Shown here in pieces: positions 57,318 to 64,000 of a stretch of 64,000 bases of DNA (its first letter is position 1; each line of letters starts with the position of its first letter). Both the position numbers and the translations under genes were made by a program. Origin of the DNA: an uncultured Candidatus Poseidoniales archaeon (GTDB lineage: Archaea; Thermoplasmatota; Poseidoniia; Poseidoniales; CAYMED01). The notes under the pieces were generated by a model, which worked only from the letters and a program-made list of their open reading frames with translations, searched no databases and was not told the origin of the DNA. The stretch is taken from assembly GCA_964389655.1 (NCBI GenBank), contig CAYMED010000003.1, positions 39,163-103,162 of the forward strand, written 5' to 3'.

Positions 57318-58710
57318 CTTCCCCAAATCCTGGAATGTCCTTGAATGCATCCTCTTCCAGATCACTCTGCAACATGCGCCGTCCATGCTCGCCGCGCAAT
57401 CTGCGAACTTCGCGCAAGCCCATTGCCCCCAAAAGCTCTAGAAGTTGATCTCTCCAAGCAGCACACATGTTCAATAGGCGCTGAACCCCCCATTCTGTAT
57501 CCATGGCATTGGGCATGGACATTGCAAATGTGCCACGGGTAGAGAGATCACCTTCTGCCCGGCCCTGTGCTGCAATATGCAATGGGAGGTCAAGTGCCAC
57601 TGCATCTGCACCACATAATATTGCCTTAGCCACATGTTCTGCTGCAACAATACCCCCTGTATGGATCAGAGTGATCTGATCTCTAATTCCAAATCTCACC
57701 AAATCAAGATGAAGTTGAGTTAAGGCATCCAATACAAAACTTCCACCTGTGGTCATCCCATGTAAATTAGAAACAAGATGTATCGTGCGCCATCCTGCCC
57801 CATGTAACATTCTTATTTCATCCGCTATGCCATCTGAGAAGGATATTCTTGCACCAACAATAAGTCCACCCGCACCGGGGTCAAGCGACGACAATTCAAC
57901 AGGGTTGCCCTCAACTTCTGCATACCTAACCTCTTTCGGGGGACGCCATCCTTCCGCCCAGTCAGCAGTTGAAATAATTGGTGCAGACCATGGGTTCCAC
58001 CGAGCCCTCTCTTCAATAACGTCATGGTGAAAAAGCGCAATTGAATCGAGATTTTCAACCGTATTTGCCCAGATTTCATTAAGTTCTTGATCTGCATTGC
58101 TAGGGAGGGGTGGATCAAAGATGAAGGGAACTTGTAGTTTGAGAACACGTGGCTTCAAACTTGAAATCAGTCCCTCTGAATCAAATGTGAGATGCATCGG
58201 CTTGGATCCAATATCAATACTTGTGCTGATGAATTCGCGGCCATGAATTCCATCGCGTGTGGGTCGAACGATTTCGGACATATCAGTCCACATCCCGTCC
58301 CATCCCGGCCCCCCAAACCGACCACGGAATCCTTGCCCGCGGACGGGAACATGGCCAGATGCGGCTTCTTCATCGATGGTTCCAATTTGCTGGAAAGAAA
58401 GGAAGGAATCACCCAAGAGAGAGCGCTCTGGATTCGGGAGAACACGCACGAATTTAGGGTGTTGTATTGTACACCTTAAGCAACCCACACACAAGTCAGG
58501 GCGGGGTGAAAAGCCACCCAGGGGGCCAGAAAAGACCCCATAGACGCAAGGCCGAGCAGTGATTACTTCAAGGGCTTCACGAACCCCGCTTGAACCGCGT
58601 AATATTGCTCTAGGAAGATATTGAAGAGTTTCTTTTAGAAGAAGTTTGGCGAGGCCAAATTTGCCAACTTTTACATTAAACCTGCGAGGGAGGGGGTGTC
58701 GGTCACTCAT
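57310..58710 (-). CDS. Degenerate glutamate-synthase FMN-barrel paralog with N-terminal Cys cluster
   Basis: PCVYG..CVGCLRC; GPGWDGMWTDMSEIVRPTRDGIHGRE; GIRDQITLIHTGG, KAILCGADAV, GAMG. Confidence 0.75.
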   Translation of the reverse strand: MSDRHPLPRRFNVKVGKFGLAKLLLKETLQYLPRAILRGSSGVREALEVITARPCVYGVFSGPLGGFSPRPDLCVGCLRCTIQHPKFVRVLPNPERSLLGDSFLSFQQIGTIDEEAASGHVPVRGQGFRGRFGGPGWDGMWTDMSEIVRPTRDGIHGREFISTSIDIGSKPMHLTFDSEGLISSLKPRVLKLQVPFIFDPPLPSNADQELNEIWANTVENLDSIALFHHDVIEERARWNPWSAPIISTADWAEGWRPPKEVRYAEVEGNPVELSSLDPGAGGLIVGARISFSDGIADEIRMLHGAGWRTIHLVSNLHGMTTGGSFVLDALTQLHLDLVRFGIRDQITLIHTGGIVAAEHVAKAILCGADAVALDLPLHIAAQGRAEGDLSTRGTFAMSMPNAMDTEWGVQRLLNMCAAWRDQLLELLGAMGLREVRRLRGEHGRRMLQSDLEEDAFKDIPGFGEGA

Positions 58711-59087
58711 GCCATTTGTGTGGATTGAATAACGAACATAATCCGTATCAGATGGGCGTTTATGCTGCAACTTTTGGGAGGATGAAGTGCTGGACCTCGC
58801 GTGGTCAATCAGGGTTGATTTCCCGACCACATAATGAAGACGAATAAGAAGGACCATAAGGTTGACTGAACACTCGATCAAAGATATTTATTCGGGGTTC
58901 ACATATGGTTAAAAAAGTGCATAAATATCAGACATAAATAAATTTAGTAGACATATGATTGGATGAATGAAAATACTATGTACCCCATTTCCCTAAATCC
59001 CAATTGTGAAGGCTATGATTCTCAGAAATCGGCTTGCTTTGCTGTCGCACAAATGTCCAACTGAATCAAGTCAGGGCCGTGAACATC
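58711..59087. promoter_or_regulatory. Divergent intergenic control region between the glutamate synthase operon and lrp
   Basis: About 375 bp non-coding with an AT-rich core; CATAAATA at 58920 and 58933; hairpin at 58801-58830. Confidence 0.45.
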
Positions 59088-59543
59088 ATGGATGATCTCG
59101 ATAGGGCCTTGCTCACAGCCTTAATTAATAATGCACGTACATCGATGCGAAAACTGGCTAAGCAACTCAATGTCGCTCCAGGAACTGTTGCTGCTAGGAT
59201 GCGGCGACTTGAAGATGAAGGGGTGGTTCATGGATATGCACCCTTACTCAATGCGACTGCTGTGGGGTGGGAATTTACCATAATTGTAGGATTACGCATC
59301 ATCAAAGGCCGATTGCTTGAAGTTCAAGAAAAAATTGGCTGTGATTCTCGAGTGGTAGCAATTTACGATGTAACTGGTGAAGTGGATAGCCTAATTGTTG
59401 CTCGAATGAGAGACCGGGAAGACTTAGATGATTTCACAAAAACAGTACTTTCCACTGAAGGTGTTGAAAGGTCGATCACACATGTAGTATTGAACACAGT
59501 GAAAGAGAATTTGGCCACGATCCCAAAACAAAGAGATGGTTAA
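59088..59543 (+). CDS. Lrp/AsnC transcriptional regulator
   Basis: MDDLDRALL..NARTSMRKLAKQL..GTVAARMRRLEDEGVV HTH; YDVTGEVD RAM domain. Confidence 0.95.
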   Translation: MDDLDRALLTALINNARTSMRKLAKQLNVAPGTVAARMRRLEDEGVVHGYAPLLNATAVGWEFTIIVGLRIIKGRLLEVQEKIGCDSRVVAIYDVTGEVDSLIVARMRDREDLDDFTKTVLSTEGVERSITHVVLNTVKENLATIPKQRDG

Positions 59544-60256
59544 CCATCATATGGGTGCCATTCATCGGGCCCATCTGGAAGTCGATACCACCATTGACCA
59601 TCGTCATCCTCCCACCATTCAGTCCCATCTTCATCAACTGAATAACGATCATCATCCGCACCTTCCGAGTGGGGTTGTTCTGGCGCATCTGGTTCCTTTT
59701 CGACTAAGCCCATATCTTCAGCAATTTTCCTGCGTGTTACTTCCGCTTCGTCTTCTGCGTCCCCAAATGTGCGGTGATCACCACCGCGAATCCGGCGGAC
59801 CGAACCTGAAGAAACTGCTTCATCCGATTCACGATAAAATTCTTCTGCGAGCCTCGCTTTTGCTTCATCATATTCATCGCGAGCAAATGTACCCCTAAAT
59901 GAGTCCTTTTTGCTCTTCATTAGATCATCGAGGTCGACTTCATCGCCCAATTCTAAATCGAGATCAGGTACGTCCCCTGCACTGCTATAGTACACATCTT
60001 CATTATCCCCAACTCTTTCAAATTCTCGCTGTTCGGGGTCTGCATCTTCGATCATCTCGATTAACAAGTCATGCTCATCTGGAGTGATGATTTCCTCCCG
60101 CAACTGAGAACGAATGAGTTTGGCAAGTTTGACCAAATCAGTTGCCAATTCGTCTAAATCTGTTGTCGTCCCGACCATTTTATCGAGCTGACGCTCCAAT
60201 TTGTCATAGGGTGTACCTGTTAATTTGGAAAGGATCCCCCCTTTCTTTCGAGCCAT
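59540..60256 (-). CDS. Acidic hypothetical protein with C-terminal Trp-rich module
   Basis: Start MARKKGG; helical N-terminal part; tail YSVDEDGTEWWEDDDGQWWYRLPDGPDEWHPYDG. Confidence 0.75.
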   Translation of the reverse strand: MARKKGGILSKLTGTPYDKLERQLDKMVGTTTDLDELATDLVKLAKLIRSQLREEIITPDEHDLLIEMIEDADPEQREFERVGDNEDVYYSSAGDVPDLDLELGDEVDLDDLMKSKKDSFRGTFARDEYDEAKARLAEEFYRESDEAVSSGSVRRIRGGDHRTFGDAEDEAEVTRRKIAEDMGLVEKEPDAPEQPHSEGADDDRYSVDEDGTEWWEDDDGQWWYRLPDGPDEWHPYDG

Positions 60257-60339
60257 GGAATGCGGAGGACTCCGGCGATCCGTATTTGAACTTAGAAGCA
60301 AAGCCGTGCAACGTGACCCCCCCTTGGCTAACCGCGGCC

Positions 60340-61101
60340 ATGAGCGAATACAATGTAGAGTCATGGGAAAAAAGGGGAGATTACCCCGCTCGCTTGTACG
60401 TGCGAGAAAGCATCATTACAGAAATCATTACTTGGGCATTTGAAGGGTTACCTGATGAAATTCTTGTAGGTTTAGATGCACCGGACCATCAATTCATCCG
60501 AACTGAAATAGATGAACTATTTGCGAATGAGGGGGAAAATAAGGACCTTTATGGGGGGCAGGGGTTAATCGTTAGCGAGGCTGCTTTTGTCAATCAAGGT
60601 AATGCAATGAGCGTACACCACCTTCCTGAAGAATGGACCGACGCTGCATTTGGAGCCGAACGGGGAAGGCGCGCCAGTCGTTTTCTCCATTGGCTACACA
60701 CACATCCCAACGCCCCGGCAATACCATCGGGTGCTGATGCTGATGCCGCCCAAGATACAACGGGCCTCGACTTGATATTAGGGTTAGAATTCACACCAAA
60801 TGCGGGTTTCCCATGGTTCGACGACGGCTCAGGAGGGAGAAGAAAGTTGGGCAATTCTGCAAAGAGAAATGGGCCAAATCGAGGTTCACGTAGTCGGAGT
60901 GGGCGGAGAAGAGGAAGAATGAGATCTAAACGGCCAGTTCTTGGACGCGCACACACCGGCCACACGATCCACGGCCTAGAACTAATTTCATTCCATAGAA
61001 CTGGAGTTGGTATAAACATCGTATTTGTTGATGAAGATGGATGGCCCCTCGGATGGACGCAGATTCTTGAAGAAAGCAAGAGTAAGCCGTCAAACCTTTG
61101 A
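60340..61101 (+). CDS. JAB/MPN+ (JAMM) metalloprotease domain protein
   Basis: PDEILVG (catalytic Glu) and WLHTHP...PSGAD (HxH-x7-S-x2-D). Confidence 0.75.
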   Translation: MSEYNVESWEKRGDYPARLYVRESIITEIITWAFEGLPDEILVGLDAPDHQFIRTEIDELFANEGENKDLYGGQGLIVSEAAFVNQGNAMSVHHLPEEWTDAAFGAERGRRASRFLHWLHTHPNAPAIPSGADADAAQDTTGLDLILGLEFTPNAGFPWFDDGSGGRRKLGNSAKRNGPNRGSRSRSGRRRGRMRSKRPVLGRAHTGHTIHGLELISFHRTGVGINIVFVDEDGWPLGWTQILEESKSKPSNL

Positions 61102-61123
61102 GGGAGGGTTAGACCGGAGTCCC

Positions 61124-61378
61124 ATGGCGAAATTTGAAGGGTGGGGGCAATGCGGTGTTTGCTCTATTTGGGTTCATGCAGGGGATTTTGTAGACACGTG
61201 GGATAATCACCACGGGCGAATCTGCATCCCATGCTATTGGGAGGATGTGAATCCATCACACCCAGATATTGATTCAAAAAGAGCAGATATTGCGAGTCGT
61301 CAGAAAAAGTGGAAATGCCTCAAATGGCGCCGTGAAGATTCAAAATCACCGAATGGGCCTCTTCAATCTCGCAAGTAG
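61124..61378 (+). CDS. Small Zn-finger protein
   Basis: CGVC...CIPC; ATG 61124, 84 aa. Confidence 0.6.
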   Translation: MAKFEGWGQCGVCSIWVHAGDFVDTWDNHHGRICIPCYWEDVNPSHPDIDSKRADIASRQKKWKCLKWRREDSKSPNGPLQSRK

Positions 61379-61389
61379 GATGTGCTAGA

Positions 61390-62001
61390 TTGAAAGTCCT
61401 CTTTGCCCATGGTTTTGAAGGATCAAATACGGGGTCAAAACCCACTTATTTATCTGAAATTCTTGGTTATGACGTTTCTGCACCAGTTCTCCACACCAAT
61501 GGATGGACAATTGAAGATGAAGTTGGAGTTCTTCTCAATGCCCTCGATGATAACAAAGAAATCGAGGTTCTCGTTGGATCTTCAATGGGAGGCCTTGCAA
61601 GTGCAATCGCATCAGCGCGCCGGCCTGAGCGAGATTTGAAGTTAATTCTCCTTGCACCTGCTTTCGACTTGCACATTTTGTGGGAAAATGGAGCAGGGGG
61701 GGATGGAATATTGGCATGGGAGCGCGAGGGTTCTGCGCCATACTTCCATCATGGTATTGGTCAAGAAATTATGCTCCCTTGGGCATTCATGGAAACCGCA
61801 AGGGCGGTTGCGGGAATACACCCAGTACACCCAACAGTCATCATCCATGGGTCTGGTGATGATGTCGTTCCCATATCCCATTCACGCGCGGTCAGCGAAG
61901 CATGTGAAATGGTTCGTGAACTCCTTGAAGTTGACGACGGACACCGGCTACAATATTCACTACATTGCCTCAATGAGGCATTTGAAATATTACGCACATA
62001 G
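61390..62001 (+). CDS. YqiA/YcfP-family alpha/beta hydrolase
   Basis: HGF, GSSMGG nucleophile, LLAPA, IHGSGDDVVP, DDGH. Confidence 0.9.
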   Translation: MKVLFAHGFEGSNTGSKPTYLSEILGYDVSAPVLHTNGWTIEDEVGVLLNALDDNKEIEVLVGSSMGGLASAIASARRPERDLKLILLAPAFDLHILWENGAGGDGILAWEREGSAPYFHHGIGQEIMLPWAFMETARAVAGIHPVHPTVIIHGSGDDVVPISHSRAVSEACEMVRELLEVDDGHRLQYSLHCLNEAFEILRT

Positions 62002-62008
62002 GAATCAA

Positions 62009-62725
62009 TTAGGAACGCACCCATAATTCATCTCGAAAGAGGTAGACAAGAGGAGAGCCTGTTTGAATCTCAACTTTAGAGATTTCTTCCTCAGAAAGTT
62101 GCTCAATTTCCATAACAGTCGCACGAAGGGTATTGCCATGTGCAAAAATGACAACGGCCCCTTCGGCCTTTTCAGCAATAGGAAGGATTATTCTCTTAAG
62201 GAGAGAATTTACTCGGCGACATGTATCTGCAAAAGATTCGCCATTTGGGGGGCTGACATCAAATGAACGTCTCCAAAGGTGAACTTGATCAGCCCCATAA
62301 ATCTCGCGAAGACGGTCCTTGTTGTGTCCTGCAAGGTCCCCATAAAAGCGCTCATTCAACTCATCATAGATCGCAATTGGAAAGAAATCGTCCATCTCTG
62401 ATTGCGGTCCTAGACGGTTCCAAGCATCAGACAAATTCTCCATCTGCTCCCCTTCTTCAGCCACATGAGGTGTGGGACGCCCATCACGGCACAAGATTGG
62501 GACGCGACCGCTAGGGTGCTGAGACAAAGCAAGAAGTGCTGTATGTTGTGCACGGACAAGGCGTGATGTGAATGTGGCTTCAATATCATGCTTTGCAAGA
62601 ATTTCGCCAACAGCTAGCGCTTCTTTAACGCCATTAGCAGAAAGTGGGACGTCAATCCACCCAGTGAATAAATTACGAGCGTTCCATATCGATTGCCCAT
62701 GACGCACCAAGATCAGGTGGCCCAT
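62009..62725 (-). CDS. gpmA: 2,3-bisphosphoglycerate-dependent phosphoglycerate mutase
   Basis: LVRHGQSIWN, FTGWIDV, LNERFYGDL, WRRSF, PPNGES, AHGNTLR; start set at MGHLILV. Confidence 0.93.
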   Translation of the reverse strand: MGHLILVRHGQSIWNARNLFTGWIDVPLSANGVKEALAVGEILAKHDIEATFTSRLVRAQHTALLALSQHPSGRVPILCRDGRPTPHVAEEGEQMENLSDAWNRLGPQSEMDDFFPIAIYDELNERFYGDLAGHNKDRLREIYGADQVHLWRRSFDVSPPNGESFADTCRRVNSLLKRIILPIAEKAEGAVVIFAHGNTLRATVMEIEQLSEEEISKVEIQTGSPLVYLFRDELWVRS

Positions 62726-62808
62726 GTTAGTTGCCCAACGCGGGAGGGTGATAGGCGTTGGCGTTGTAAATGCATTATTCAAGTACCATCAACGATTCAC
62801 CGGAAGCG

Positions 62809-64000
62809 ATGGAGTTTGAAACTGTCCTCGGGGTCGCGCTCACGGGGTTGGCTGGTGCCATTATTGGGTGGTATCTTTCGAAGTCAAAAAATACTGAAAA
62901 TCTGAATGAAGATAAAGTATCGTTGTTGCTAAATGAGAGCAACAAGGAGATCGGAAGTTCATTGAGAAAAGAGCTCAGAGAGATGAATGTCGAATCTACA
63001 GAGGCTCTTCGCAAGACTCTTGAGGGACTTGGTAGTGCCCAGCAGGCTCATTTGGATATTGTTTCAAAAAATATTGAGAAGTTGAAAGAAGGGAACGAAA
63101 AGAAACTCGATCAGATGCGCGAAACAGTCGACGAGAAGTTGCAAACTACACTTGAGAAGAGAATTGGTGAATCATTCAAACTCGTTAGTGAACGCCTTGA
63201 AGCGGTTCAGCGTGGTTTGGGCGAGATGCAGGCTCTGGCGACAGATACTGCGAACTTGAAGAAAGTCTTAGCGAATGTTTCTACACGTGGGGCAATGGGT
63301 GAAATACAAGCCGAACAGATACTACAGAGCATACTTTCTCCCAATCAATACGAGAAGAACGTGAAGACACATCCTGACTGCAAAGGCCAGATTGAGTTTG
63401 CCATCAAACTACCTGGTTCCGACGGGAAGATGGACAATCCAGTTTGGCTACCAATAGATTGCAAGTTTCCTAAGGAAGATTACGAGAGGTTAGTCGATGC
63501 ATATGATGGAGGAGATAAGAAGCTCATTGAGAAAGCATATTCCACATTTGCATCCAATGTTACCGCAAAGGCAAAGACGATTCGCAGAGAGTATGTTGCT
63601 ACTCCTTACACCACTGATTTTGCAGTAATGTTCCTCCCGACAGAAGGACTCTATGCCGATGTAGTCAGGAGGCCGGGGCTGTTTGAGGCACTTCAGCGCG
63701 ACCATCATATTGTTGTCACGGGTCCTTCGACACTAGCTGCCTTCGTAAATAGCCTACAGATGGGCTTCCGAACACTGGCTCTCGAGGCCCGTGCGAGTGA
63801 GGTTTGGAATGTATTGGGAGCAGTAAAGACTGAATTTGGTAAATTTGGAGACATGATGACCAAGTTGCACAAACAACTCAATACAGCAGCAAACTCAATC
63901 TCGAATGAGAAGGGTGAAGATTCTATGATGAGGAGGCTGAGGGCGATGGAACGTAAACTGAAAGATGTCGAATCTATACCATCCTCAAGTTCTTCCAACC
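62809..64000 (+). CDS. rmuC: DNA recombination protein RmuC family, 3' end runs off the window
   Basis: Not in the ORF track; translated by hand from ATG 62809 (MEFETVLGVALTGLAGAIIGW, TM), coiled coil TVDEKLQTTLEKR, TRGAMGE, LPIDCKFP, TTDFAVMFLPTEGLY, VTGPSTL. Confidence 0.92.
   Translation, partial: MEFETVLGVALTGLAGAIIGWYLSKSKNTENLNEDKVSLLLNESNKEIGSSLRKELREMNVESTEALRKTLEGLGSAQQAHLDIVSKNIEKLKEGNEKKLDQMRETVDEKLQTTLEKRIGESFKLVSERLEAVQRGLGEMQALATDTANLKKVLANVSTRGAMGEIQAEQILQSILSPNQYEKNVKTHPDCKGQIEFAIKLPGSDGKMDNPVWLPIDCKFPKEDYERLVDAYDGGDKKLIEKAYSTFASNVTAKAKTIRREYVATPYTTDFAVMFLPTEGLYADVVRRPGLFEALQRDHHIVVTGPSTLAAFVNSLQMGFRTLALEARASEVWNVLGAVKTEFGKFGDMMTKLHKQLNTAANSISNEKGEDSMMRRLRAMERKLKDVESIPSSSSSN

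Noticed and set aside
57310-57386. 77-bp overlap suggesting a frameshifted single gltB
   Set aside because: A GTG at 57317 gives an ordinary short overlap, and both ORFs end in their own barrel C-termini, so they are paralogs rather than fragments.
60340-61101. JAB protein as part of a CBASS or Bil-type defence system
   Set aside because: No CD-NTase, E1/E2 or ubiquitin-like gene nearby.
62775-63998. Minus-strand ORFs at the right edge
   Set aside because: Shadows of the plus-strand rmuC frame.

Overview
Gene-dense chromosomal segment (about 55 CDS, roughly 45% GC by eye). I found no rRNA, tRNA, CRISPR array or mobile element. Archaeal markers (PurP, RibL, archaeal-type RibB, GHMP shikimate-kinase-like protein, stand-alone Lrp RAM domains) occur with bacterial-type genes (TrxB, UvrC, dPGM, RmuC, KynA) and many membrane-anchored surface proteins (FG-GAP/UnbV, thrombospondin-3 repeats, beta-helix/PKD). 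This mix best fits a Marine Group II (Ca. Poseidoniales)-like Thermoplasmatota archaeon, which is an inference. Main loci in order: fused E1 alpha/beta 2-oxoacid dehydrogenase (truncated at the left edge); mosaic riboflavin operon; nonulosonic-acid (sialic acid/KDN-type) cluster with an animal-NANS-like synthase, phosphatase, CMP-synthetase, methyltransferases, a GT-B protein and an Fe/2OG dioxygenase; a 4-hydroxybenzoyl-CoA-reductase-like (HcrCAB) molybdoenzyme running into a DUF4350-MoxR-DUF58 operon; tandem RAM domains next to a wHTH-STAND protein; a three-gene split glutamate synthase divergent from an Lrp; a JAMM protease; and RmuC (truncated at the right edge). The best candidates for an undescribed system are the nonulosonate tailoring cluster, the Hcr-like enzyme, and a possible polyproline/Trp-module adaptor network. 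All family calls come from motif recognition and recalled sequences; no searches were run. Many starts were moved from the ORF track to more plausible codons.
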